Shown: piece after piece, positions 32,801 to 44,724 of the stretch
How the letters are laid out: each line of letters opens with the position of its first letter
How positions within the stretch are numbered: the first letter of the stretch is position 1
NCBI GenBank assembly: GCA_905178155.1
Contig: CAJINV010000004.1
Coordinates: 1,874,391 to 1,938,390, forward strand
Direction of reading: 5' to 3'
Length of the DNA: 64,000 bases
From: Amoebophrya sp. A120
Taxonomy: Eukaryota; Protista; Dinoflagellata
The notes under the pieces: generated by a model
What the model saw: the letters and a program-made list of their open reading frames with translations, nothing else
Database searches by the model: none
Told to the model about the DNA's origin: nothing
Made by a program: the position numbers and the translations under genes

Positions 32801-35800
32801 GGAACACAACTGGCGCATCATCCAGGGGCACATCCCGATAGATATCGCACGAAAAAAGTGTTTTACTGTAAGGATTTTGCAAGTTTTGCATTACAAGTTC
32901 GCTACACATGACCAAGACAACTTCCCATGCGTGCTTCCTAAGGGAAAACACGTTGAAAAACCAAGTGTCTTGCATGTGTAGCAAGACAAATAGTGGTGTG
33001 CTCCATTCTATGCATCACAAGTTCACAGTGAAACAGTTTTTTCGTGCGATAATAGACACGAAAGATACAATGCGCCCCGTGTCCGTCTGGCCGAGCCACT
33101 TGTTTCAAGTGCCGCATGATTACTACAGCTTTCGAAAAGTATCGGCGTCAACATCTTCACCCTCTGCAGCCGCTCACGACGACCAGCAAACACAGCAGCA
33201 TCACTTGGGAGCCACGCAGATGCTCCAGCAGAACCAGTTGCTGCATGGCGCAGGAGGCCAGGGTGGAGCTCCTGCAGGTGTGTATGCAATGCAAAAGCGA
33301 ACTATCGCACCGGAGATGACTAACTGCGAACATTTTGCACGGTAAATGATGATGGTGTACTTCCACTTTCTCAACCTTAAGTACCTCAATGTGCATGACT
33401 AATTCAGATCTACTCAGCTTTCCTTCTTCATCCGGTGGAAATGAAATTCGTCTTGCAAGAATTCGTATACAAATATTGTGCGATGGTAAGTATTGCTTGT
33501 TGCAGTGCATAAGGTAAACGAATTGACTATGTACGTAGTCGGGTATCACGCGACGCTGGCGTTGGAACTGGTGAAAATCTGGGAATTGCTCCCGGAGATA
33601 GTGTATCAAGTGCAAAAGCATCGTAGTTCTCGTACGCAAGTAAAAGGATACGATGACTCTCCTCAGCATGACGAAAAATGGACCTTGTGATGCTAAAGTA
33701 GGAAAGAAACTCGATCTGTTTATGCATCATTGCAATTTAATTGATTGTTGTACGAAATAATGAAAGGATAGACTACGATACTATTGCAAAATGCATACCG
33801 TGCCCAATTTGAAAGTGAAGATCACAACGCACGTGATCGACGACAAGCTGGACCACACACTGAATGCCGAGGAGGAACGCGACCGTGTGGCGAACTTGGT
33901 TACGCACGGACAAAATTTCGAACTCATCGATAAGTTGGTGAACGGCAGCTTGTATGCATTGCAAATATGTCTGGGTCTGGAACAAGGTTGGAAGTAACTT
34001 GTGATGCTGTCTTTGGATTCTAAAAAAATCTGTATTGCATGACCAGCAAGAGGGATATAGTTTCTTTGTGCTACGTGGAGAGGCCGTTTCTCATGCGGAA
34101 TAGGCATCAGCAAGCACTCTAAAAATCTGTGATGCTAGGTCACGCATTGCAGGCATCACGGGTCATGCAAAATGTGCATGACAAACGACGCACTCTTCCA
34201 GACCCAGGCATATTTGCAGGTGATAGCTTGAGCGAAAACGCCCGGGGCCAATTCGGCACGTCCTCGCAATCAGGTCCCGCGAAGGATGATGAAAATAAAG
34301 ATGATAACGCGGACGACCAAATAAACAAGAACGCGGACGGTGGGGAAGAAAACACAAACACAAACAGAAACACTCCACAAGACAATCCGCACAGTACTAG
34401 CGAGATGAAAGACGACGAGGGCACCACGTCGAAAGCGACCAGCACAGACGAACCTTCGAAAGGCGGGTTTCGACTCTGCGAGTATTTCAACGTCTGCGCG
34501 ACGGACGCCCGATTGCTGTACTTGAACAAAAAGTTTCTCCGGCGGGCGTTTCTGCCCAAGACGAAACTGGCCAACCCCCAGTTTCCGGACTTTCAGGTAT
34601 CAAATGCAAAAATGTCTGGGTCTGGAAGATTGCAACTTGTCATGCTGTTTTTGGACTCTAAAAAAAATTGTATTGCATGACCAGCAAAGGGGGCGCAGTT
34701 TGTGCTACACGGGCAGGGCATTTCTCATGCGGAAGGTGCATCAGGAAGCCCTCTAAAAGTCTACGATGCTAGGGCATGCATTACAGGCATCATGGGTGAT
34801 GAGAAATATGCATGACAAGTCTTGCATTCTTCCAGACCCAGACATTTTTGCATTTGATATCAGGAGTGGCTCAACGAGTGGATTCAGCTGTTCGCCGAGT
34901 ATTTGTATTACAGTGAAAAATGCCCCCACCCCCAAAGTTGCAAGAATTTGTGATGCGAACTTTCCAAATGAAATCTTTTTGTCATGCATGAAAGGAGTAT
35001 GAATGCATCTTTCTGATGCAGACTCCAGGCGTATATGTATATCGCATCGCTTGCATGACAAGCGCTGCACTTGCTGGGATCTTTTGCAATACAAATTATT
35101 GCTATTCACGATTGGAAATCTGTGATGCTGATAGATGCAAGAGGGCGAATGTTTCATTTGGAAAGGTTTGCAATAAAAATGCTCCCAACTTCGGGTGTGG
35201 GGGCATTTTTAATTGTAATACCGAGGTGAACGTAGACGAGCAGGGCGGAGGTGGATCCAGTGGCATCAACGAAGACGCTGTTGACGCACAACGCAGAATT
35301 TTGCAGGATAGGCTCCAACGGCTAGCACTACCAGCGGGGAAGGAAAAAGAACCAAGAGACTATGACGATCAGGGATCACCCTCTAGTACTGCTGTCCTTG
35401 ACATATGGATTGCAAAAATGTCTGGGTCTGGAAGATTGCCAGATTTTTCATGCAGGTTTTCCATGACCCATGAGGTCTGGTATGTAGGACATAGCATGAC
35501 AGCTTCTGCGGGACCTGTCTAATGCCTATCCTGCATGAGAAACGGCCTCTCGATTAGGTCAAAAGTGCACTATTTTTGGCAATCATGCAACACAGTTCTT
35601 TACCTGATTCAGATTTAGCATGACAAGTTGCAATTATCCAGACCCAGACACTTTTGCAATCCATACGACACAAACATCGACAATGCGGAAATCCTCGTGT
35701 GCACGGAGCCCGCGGTGCTCTGCTATGAACTGCAAAAGTATCGTACTCGTAGTAATTGCTGTTATGCATGACAAATCTCTTTCCTGAGGCAAAACAGCAT

Positions 35801-38800
35801 TACAAATTTCATTTGTAATGCTGGGCTAATTTGTAATGCAATTCATACTAGTACGATGCTTTTACATGGCATATCTGCCTGCCCCTGGCAATGGGGCAGC
35901 CGAAAAAGATTGTCATAGGATACTTCGGAAACCCGTTAGCGGCCTACGTGCCCGAGCGGTATTTGGACACCTGGTTCCGGTACTTCGTATGAACTGCAAA
36001 AGTATCGTATTCGTATAAATGCATTACAAATTTCCTCAGCGTGAGCAATGAAATTTGTAAATGCGAATTTACCTGAAGAAAAAGAATTGGGATGCATGAC
36101 TGCAAGAATACGAGTAGAGATACTTTTGCACAGGATACCGCGGGAGTCTGGACAACTTCTTCCCGGTGGCGAGTACCCGGTTTATCGAATGCAAATGTGT
36201 CTGGGTCTGGAAGAAGATTGCGAGGTCTGTCATGCTTGTTTGGCATGACCAAAAAGTTTGTGATTCGTGTCCAAGAAAAGACCCATTTCTCTGCCTGTCA
36301 TGCAAAAACGCAGTTTGTCATGCGAAAAGCGCAACACAAAGAAGCCCAGATATTTCTCATGCTTGGCTGTGCATTACAGAGCATTCACTATTCCCAACGC
36401 AGCATTACAAGTTTCCAGACCCAGACACGTTTGCACTGAATACGGTTCCTAGCGAAACAAATGGAGTACCAAACCGGGCGGTTCGTGAATTCGCAGCGGC
36501 CCCTAACGCTGTACGTGCAAACAGTGTATTCCCCCGTCACGCTAGCGTATGCAAAGAGGAAAAAAAATGTGATTGCACATCACTGTGTTGCAGGCCAAGC
36601 AAGACACACAAGTTCTGTCATGTCGAATTCTATATGCTCAGGAGCATAGTAAAGTTTCATATGTGAACGCGTTTATTTCCCTTTAATATAATCCCTGTAC
36701 CGTTAGCTGCGAGTTGTTTGTGTTGCTGAATGACTTATGACCACAAGTGTGCAAGAACTGTGCTGCTTTTTCCTTGGGATAGGGCCCGGGCAGGAAACTG
36801 GAACTTTGTGGACTTTCACGAAAACTTTCCCAGCGGCCGGGATCGCGAGCGCGAACTGTACGCGAGACTAAAGGAAGGAAATCTACAAGAGAATGGAAAT
36901 CATTCCACGCACGGCCGTAGCACTAGCGGCGCCGAAATAACAAGTACATCAGTGGACGACACCACAACAGTCACCTCACAGCACGATCTCGACGTGCCCT
37001 TTAGCAAGGACGAGTATTTGCACAAACCCGGCTTGCTCACACGAAGACTAAACCGGCAGATTCTGGTGCTGCGCCAATATCCTATGTAAAAACGTCCCCG
37101 CCTCATGGTCAAGATGGGGAATCGGCTAAACAAATCTACAAGATTTGGCTGTTTTGCATGACAAATTTGGATTCGTAGTGTTTTGCTGTTTGAGCTAGCT
37201 CAGCAGCATCACAGATCTAGTATATCATGCTGTTTGAAGCATTACAAATTCCAAAACACGGCTAGAAAATGCCTCTCATGGGGGTCCGCATGAGAAACAT
37301 TTTCAGCATGCAGCTTTGCATTACAGCTATGGGGAAGGGACGTTTTTCAAAACGATAGCCAACCCTCGGTGTTTTGGGACGACACCTGCATCCTCAACCT
37401 GTTTGTATCAACTGCAAATATCTCTGGGTCTGGAAGAATGTGAGATCTGTCATGCAGTTTTTGCCTGACCCAGATCGTCTGGCATGCAAGCTCTAGCATC
37501 ACAGATTTTGCGCAGGTACCCCAATGCCTAACCCGCATCACAAATCCGCTCTTTCGGTAACAAGAATTGGTGCCTTTTCCCAGCCATGCATGACAGATTT
37601 TGTCATGATGTAGACTTCGCATCACAAATTCGAACTCTTCCAGACCCAGACATATTTGCAATGCATAGTTTGCAAAGCTGAACAACTTCCCGCTGCGGTT
37701 CCACTACACCGACGACCTGGTCGACAAGAGTTACAGCATATGGGATTTCTCAATTGTTACATTCTCAACTGTTACATGAATTTGTCATGCAAAAGCACCA
37801 TCATCATCCTCACGATCAAGCTGCTCCGCATGACAAATTTGCGAAGGCCTAAACCGCACTTAAATCTGTGCGGAATTTGTAATGCTACAGGTGCAACCTT
37901 CCCCCTTGCACTTTTCATCCAGTTCTTGCATCACAAGTTCATGTAACAGTTGAGAATGTAACAGTTGAGATCGCCATACAGCAGTTTCGCGAAGTTTGAC
38001 GCGCTCGTTCTCTTTCCCTACGACATGTCGCAGATATCAAATGCAAAAATGTCTGGGTCTGGAATGTTGCCGGGTTTGTCATGCATATTTTGCATGACCC
38101 AGGATGTCTGTAATGCATGACCTAGCATCACAGATTTTCAGAGGGTTTCCTGATACCTATTCCGCATGACAAATGCCCTCCCCGCGGAGCACAAACTGGA
38201 CTCCTCGTCTTGCTGATCATGTAATAAAGATTTTTTTAGAGTCCAAAGTTAGCAACACAAGCTCCAACCTTCCAGACCCAGACACTTTTGCATTTGATAA
38301 CAGATGCGCTTCTACGAATTCTACGCCATGGGCATGCCTATTTTCCTGCCAAGAAAACTGGTCCTCGCAGCCTACATTTAGTACCCTCAGCAAAAGTTAG
38401 TATCCGATACTTGTAGTAATTGCAAGTATGAAGAATGCAGAGGGCTTTCTAAAGGTCAGGGTAAATCTAAATCCGCAATACATACGAAATGCTATTTCTC
38501 ATTCTGACGCTAACAAGCCACTTTGCAAGGCATTTTTTAACTACTGTGTGCGATACGATACTTTTGCAATGGATATCCACCGAGGCATGACCAGCATCGA
38601 GGATTTCGACTATACCGTATCGTGAGGGAAAACGTCCCCACCCGGTGCCCATGTTTGTCCTGCAAATCTGCATGCCTAAAATGTTTATCTTCATGTTGTT
38701 CATCATGCGCAGCTGTACGAGATGAAGCATCAATTTTTGAAAGTGTTTTTGAAGTTTTTTTTTCTCGAGTCACGCTAGAGAAGTTCGGATCCGTTAGTTT

Positions 38801-39615
38801 GTGTTGCTGCGGGTGAACCAAATACACACGACAATCTTGACGATTGAGGTCGGGGGGGCGTTTTAACACAGCACACACGGTGGTGGAGAAGCACCTCTCG
38901 GAACAGGAAGCCGACAAGGAAAACGAGAACAAAAACAGGATACCCAACCCCTTCGAGCGGTGGAATTTCGACGTGGCCAGCTGGTGGTCGCTCTACACGC
39001 ACTATCCATTGCAAGCATGTCAGTCAGGGTCCTCCGGAGGACTGGAATGCGCATGTGGAGAAGTCTAGCACTACAGATTTTGTCAGAGCTTTCCAAAAAT
39101 GCGCACCTTCACGCGTGACGCGAAATATATTAATATTTATACCAAAGCATTCAGAGGCCGGCACCATCTCGTCCTTCTAAGTACCCGCGCACAACAAATT
39201 TTTGTGCCGTGCGGTCCTCTGCGGGCGGAGGACGCATCACAAGTTGCAACCTTCCAGTCACCCAGGGTGGACGATATGAATGTGATTTGCAATGCATACA
39301 CACTATGTCTCCTTGCCGCATTTGTTGTACTTCAAATCTGCACCGGACCTCTTTCACCAGCTGGCGTACAAGCCGGCGGACGAATTTCTGAAACTTGTAT
39401 CCATCGTGGGAATCCAGAATGAAAGAATTGATCCGATCTTCGATCGAAGACAGAAAAGATGTTTGTTTCTCGTAAAGATAACTAAGGATGCAACGAAGTG
39501 TATGCATTGTAGTTCTGCTGGTTTGAAATTCGATGGGACCCGACGGGGAGGTGTCGTTCTTTCGAAAAAAAAAAACGTCATTTCTCCCGGGGAAGAAACA
39601 AACACAAGCCGCTGA
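29893..39615 (+). CDS. Large multi-exon gene, secreted/membrane protein with possible glycosyltransferase-like C-terminal region; ends uncertain
   Basis: Hydrophobic leader (VGLVAVWCLCIMSVLLGLG), about 17 introners; spliced C-terminal pieces FAKFDALVLFPYDMSQMRFYEFYAMGMPIFLP, YIYRGMTSIEDFDY, WWSLYTHYVSLPHLLYFKSAPDL. GT-like call is a motif impression only. Confidence 0.5.
32126..32344. mobile_element. Introner family D
   Basis: AAACTGTTTCACTGTG left end; TSD CGGTA/CGATA; boundaries +/-2. Confidence 0.7.
32843..33051. mobile_element. Introner family D
   Basis: TATCGCACGAAAAAA...TTTTTTCGTGCGATA; TSD ATAGA/ATAGA. Confidence 0.9.
33604..33797. mobile_element. Introner family B, degenerate
   Basis: TGCAAAAGCATCGTAG...CTACGATACTATTGCA; TSD TAGTG/CCGTG; frame restored. 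Confidence 0.7.
33953..34225. mobile_element. Introner family A
   Basis: Family A TIRs; TSD GCTTG/GCTTG. Confidence 0.9.
34598..34859. mobile_element. Introner family A
   Basis: Perfect ~30-bp TIR; TSD TCAGG/TCAGG. Confidence 0.92.
34900..35220. mobile_element. Introner family H
   Basis: TIR TATTACA.T.AAAAATGCCCCCAC; TSD CCGAG/CCGAG. Confidence 0.85.
35404..35665. mobile_element. Introner family A
   Basis: TATGGATTGCAAAA...TTTTGCAATCCATA; TSD TGACA/CGACA. Confidence 0.9.
35724..35873. mobile_element. Introner family B
   Basis: Family B TIRs; TSD TCTGC/TCTGC. Confidence 0.87.
35988..36137. mobile_element. Introner family B
   Basis: Family B TIRs; TSD CTTCG/CCGCG. Confidence 0.83.
36183..36442. 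mobile_element. Introner family A
   Basis: Family A TIRs; TSD CGGTT/CGGTT. Confidence 0.9.
37078..37357. mobile_element. Introner family G-like
   Basis: AAAAACGTCCC...GGGACGTTTTT; TSD GCCAA/GCCAA. Confidence 0.85.
37406..37667. mobile_element. Introner family A
   Basis: Family A TIRs; TSD GTTTG/GTTTG. Confidence 0.9.
37739..37978. mobile_element. Introner family E
   Basis: Family E TIRs; TSD CAGCA/CAGCA. Confidence 0.9.
38035..38299. mobile_element. Introner family A
   Basis: Family A TIRs; TSD GCAGA/ACAGA. Confidence 0.9.
38382..38575. mobile_element. Introner family B, degenerate (TAC start)
   Basis: TACCCTCAGCAAAAG...GATACTTTTGCAATGGATA; flanks TTTAG/TCCAC; frame restored. Confidence 0.7.
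39003..39298. mobile_element. Introner family A-like, degenerate
   Basis: TATCCATTGCAA...TTGCAATGCATA; TSD CGCAC/CACAC. Confidence 0.75.
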
Positions 39616-42120
39616 CCACCACCAGCATTGTGCCAGATGAAAGCGTTGGTTAGAGTCAGACATGAAGATGCCCATCTACGAGGATCACAACATCGATGGA
39701 TCGGATCCTACAAGGATTTTCGAAATTCCATAGCCGAGCCACGGGATGCACAAGAGAAACGCCCTGGATTTAACGCTGAGTTTGCAATTCTGGCGAGAAG
39801 CTTTGAATCTGTGACTGTGATTAAGTCTGCGAGCCCGCAGTCACCTGTGAATGTGAGAATGTGACTATCCGAAGCAACACGATCTGCGATGTGGAAAGAA
39901 ACACACGAAGAATAATACACCGGGTCATACAGTGTTGATTTTGTGTTTCACGAAGGAAGGCCATGAAAAGATTAAGTCGAGACAAGAAAGAATCTGAATC
40001 AAATCCCATGGCGATGAAAATATTCAAGAATGATGGGTTTCCCAACATGACTTCCCACATCATCTCAAATCTGATTGATTCTATTCATGATGCGCGCAAT
40101 CGAGTCATTGATTCAACTTGAAACTTCATATTCGAAAATTTTTCGACATTCTCATTCATCAAAGAATACGAAAATAAGAGATATCTGTCGTGGTGTTATG
40201 ATAATTTGGATATCACCCATAATAATATCCTTTTGTAATATCATATCATCATGAAAAGATTCGATCGAAATTTATGTTATCGGTCCATCGATTAATCAAT
40301 TGATGCTCGAAATAAATATGATAATCTATCAATCTTATATGAATCGATTAAATTTCTCTCGATGAAATAATTTTTATCGATGAGGAATTCATGTCATGTT
40401 TTCTCTTTGATATTTTCATATTTTTCTCAATATTTAAAAACAGAAATTTCATGATGAGATAATATAGAAAGATAGATAATCCCGAATATTTCTTGAAAGA
40501 TATTCGAAGAATATGAAGACAATGACAATATGAGTCATCCCCAGACATGTCGTTAGATGAGTTGTCGTATAGGATGAATTGTAGCCAAATATGTATTAAG
40601 AATCCAGGAGACCTTAGATCGTATCGTATTATGGAACCATGAAAAAAACGAGCAAAACATTTCAACAGTTAATTTCTTCAAAAGGGAAAACGACGGAACT
40701 TGTCGACGGATCTTGTGTCGTATTTGCCCAAAAATGGAGGGAATAGTGGAGCAGCTGAATTGTCACAAAGCGAAGCAATTCAACGCAGAAAGGCAAAGCA
40801 ATCTATCTCGGTCGATCGGGCATATACGATGTATTTCCCGGCAAAAGCCAATGACAAGTTTTACAGACACCCTCGATAGAAGCGTTATGGATTACACCAG
40901 GCGCGAGGCGTGCCGAAATAGTTAGACCGAGGGGCTTGCGGCAATTTGCTCGGAACACTGCCCCATCACACGCGCTCGCAACCATGGGAATGGTCCATGC
41001 CCAGGGCCCGGGAGAGCATTCCTCGGCAGGACCCCCCGCGAACTGGCTGCGGTAGAACGCAGCGCGTGCAACTTTTTACCCGTTGCGCCATGCTTTGGAC
41101 CCCGAACAATCAAGCCTGCGCGGATCACATGATAATCACATTAGTAGTCACGACGGACATGATAATCACATGATTTTTGCGGTCCATAAACCATTTTGAG
41201 TTGTTTTCATCACATGACAATCACATGATTATCACATGATGACAACCCCGGAAAGGCGACTGCTAAAGTTGCAAGATATGACACGCCCCCCATCATATGT
41301 CAAACCCAAAGTGGCGGCGAAACAATAAGGATTCACGAAGAAAACGGAGCAAAGACGAAAATCGAACATATGAACTATATTGTGACAATTCAGATCGCGC
41401 CAGGAACTGCGCAAAAAAAAGTCAAAAAAGCAACTCAACATAGGAGGACAACTCAGATTACTACAGACATGACAAGAAAGAAAGAAAGATTATGGGGAAA
41501 TCATACAAAAAATCTTCGAAATTGCATATAATAAATTTTTCAGATCATTTAATTTTCATATCAATCCAGATTGATTGAATATCAAATCATATTTCAAAAA
41601 TTCAGAATCCATATCGGACGAATGAAATTCTTCGAGGATTATAGGATGATTTTATTTGGTCCTATGACTATATTGCGAAAAAAAAAAGAATCCTATTCAT
41701 GAGATTGAATTCGGATGAGAATGATGATTTCCGAGAGATCTTGTGAATCAGAATTATGTCAGCTCCTCATCGAGACTTAACGAGGAAGCCAAGCGAATAT
41801 GGTGTGTGGCCCGCCATGCGGATAGGGCCACCACTTCCTTATGCCACGAGAGGACCAACTGAATGAGAATGAATCCAGGATTCATGAATTAACAGGATGG
41901 ATGGGGGAATCATCTTGCTATAATGATAACATCTTCAATCGTCAAAGAAGTATGTTGCATCAGGTCGAAATTGTTCGTATTCGATATCGATTTTATCGCT
42001 CTTGTTGTCTTTCAGGCATTGGTTGCCATCAGTCTCGTATTGTGTATCTATGTATTCGTTTTTGTTTCCTTGCCCTCGGTCTTTCAATTATCTCAATCGC
42101 CATCGGATGTTGAAGTTAGT

Positions 42121-43763
42121 TCACAAATCGCTCTTGGAGCTCGAGTCGCCGCCTCGTGTTGCACCGCCTCTGTTTATGTCGCCCGCTTCGGCTCGCACGT
42201 CCAGTGGGTCCCAGTATTCGTTCAGTTCCCCTTCCAGCGCGTCCAGCATCTCCACCGCTTCGCTCGTGAGTTCAAAATCCCAGATATCCGCATTCTCGGC
42301 GACTCGCTCCTCGTGCACCGATTTGGGAATCAGGGCGAGATTCTTCTGCAAGCCCCAGCGAAGCAGCATCTGCCCGGTGGTGATGGAACCCCGGGGTTTT
42401 TTCGATGAAGCCGGTACAACTTCACCAGGGGGTACTATTGGCCTAAACCAGCCGCTGCTGTGACTGATCGCTCCGCCGCGCTTCAGACCTGTAGTTGAGA
42501 AGAGATTCGTCATCATCAACTTCTACCCAGTTATACAATAAAACACCCGCTTTTCCTCTTCATGATAGGAAAATAGAGACGTCGCGAAGTTTGTATTTTT
42601 TCGGATCATGATTCTCGTCACCGTTCTACTTAGGCAGACGCCAACCCCAAGAACCCCTCCGCAGACAGCATTTAGTTTCAGATACAGATTCATTTTTCTC
42701 TCGGAAACAACAAAGAAAAAAGAATAGAAGTCAGAGCACTATTTAAGTTGTACCTAGTCGTTGCCCGAGCATTTCGTGGATTCGACCCGACAAGAGACTA
42801 CCGTACGCCGTAATCACGATGGCCTGCTTTTCGCAGTACTCCACGATTTCCCGTCGCGCCTTGTAGTTCAGCGGGTGCAGCTCGATTTGGTTCACTTCCG
42901 GCAGTTCGCGGCCGTGCTTATGAGAGTGCACAATCAATAAATTCATTGCTCACAACCGTTTCCCTCATCATTCTAAGGGCATCATGGTCGGCAGCAACAC
43001 AAGCAACGGGAATGGCATAATGAGACGTGTGGCCCCCACATGACAAATCTGTTTATTCTGCACGCGGACCGCAGTACCGTTTCTCAAAGTTTGTCATGCC
43101 GGGAACTATCCATACAAAAAGTACAATTTCCCATGGCAAGTGTAAGTAAGGAGAACAAGGGAGAATAAATGTGCACGTTGGCGCGTCATAATGCTGCTTG
43201 AGAAGCTCGAAGTGTTGGACGCCCCAGTTGCTGACGCCTAGAATGCGCACCTTTTGCTGCTTCTTCTTCTCTAGCAGCGCGTCCCAGGTTTCCACCAATT
43301 TTCCGCGATTCGGCGAATGGATCAGATACAGGTCGATGTACTCCAGATCTAGCGTCTTCAGGCTTTTTTCAAAGGCAAAGCTGGCTTTATCATACCCGTG
43401 GTCGGAGTCCCAGAGCTTCGTCGTGATAAAAAAATCCTGCCGAGACAGCGACTGACCGCTCATTTTGCCCGCTGCGGTAGGCTTTCCCCCTCCGCTACCA
43501 GTTGTACCGCTAGAAGGTGCACTGCTCAGGCCCGATCCCGGATGGCTGGATGAAGCAGGATCCTGGACGAGGAAGTTTCGCACCGCCTTGCCAACATCGG
43601 CCTCGTTGCGGTACAGTGCCGCCGTATCGATCAGTCGGTACCCGTGGTGTAAAGCGTGAGAGACGGCCTCCTGGGCGGCGTACCCAGGCGGAACGCGGTA
43701 GGTTCCGAAGCCAAATTGGGGCATGGACAAACCACCCCGGAGCTGAAGAGACGCCTGATGCAT
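42121..43763 (-). CDS. Aldo-keto reductase (AKR5/YvgN-like)
   Basis: [73 protein letters not shown]; introner 42919-43190 and GT-AG intron 42489-42753. An N-terminal extension upstream of 43763 is possible. Confidence 0.92.
42919..43190. mobile_element. Introner in AKR gene
   Basis: TATGA..GTGCACA...TGTGCAC..TCATA; TSD GTGCT/ATGCT; restores KQH|[11 protein letters not shown]. Confidence 0.8.
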
Positions 43764-44724
43764 CGTGTTCGCGTCTGCGATCTCTGATGAGGTCTCCCCC
43801 TTTGGCGAGGTGGCGGTAATAGAACTCGGGGTAGTCGTAGGGGTACTAGAAGGGGCAGGCGAAGCGAACACGCACAATGAGAATACTTCGAAGTAGAACG
43901 GCGAGGAGGCCAGGGGTGTATGAAGCAGGGTAAAAAAAGCGAAAATCAAAATAGTACAGAAAAGGTGACAAGAAAGAGTCGATGTTCTTTTTAGTCTTAG
44001 GGTGTTCTTGTGTAGAAATATTACCGGAGACCACGACGATGGCCACATATCATTCTTTTTGAGGTGAGACGGAGAAGAGAAAGGAATCGCTAAGCGAGCA
44101 GGGCAGCTGTACCTGGTCGGGGTCATGCGCATAGTAAATTACCGGAAGTTGTATTAATATCCACGACCGTTATTTTATTATACCAAAAATGCTATCATGG
44201 TCGTGGTCGGAGCTAAAAACCGTGCAAAAACGATCATTATCATTTCAATTTCCACCATCTTGTTCCGGTGCTCCTGCTCGATGTGCCTTGCAATGCAATT
44301 TTGCTGTTTTGAAAACACGACTTTTTCGTACTGATCTCTTGTTCGTAACTACAGAGCTCTACCTGGCTCCTGTAAGGCCAGTGGGCGAGAAGCTAGCCCC
44401 TCTACCGGTGAACGAACAATGCTAAGCACAAGTAGGCTCGAGGATACCGCCCTGAGTGCAGGTACAACCGGTTGCGATAATGATATATCCTCCTGCGCAA
44501 CTGATCAACATGGAATTAACTAGTTACTTCTATGCTGGCCGTCAAGACAAAAAGTCGGCCTTGGTGCGAACTAACCGACGCTTGTTCTTCACGCAAGTAA
44601 TTTATCCTGTCAAAAAAGCCACAAGTCCTACTCCGTGAAGAGAATCCGGACAGAATGAAATTGAAATTGAAATTCCAACGTCGTATATATCGTCCACCTT
44701 TCCACACAGCAATTCTGCGAGAAG

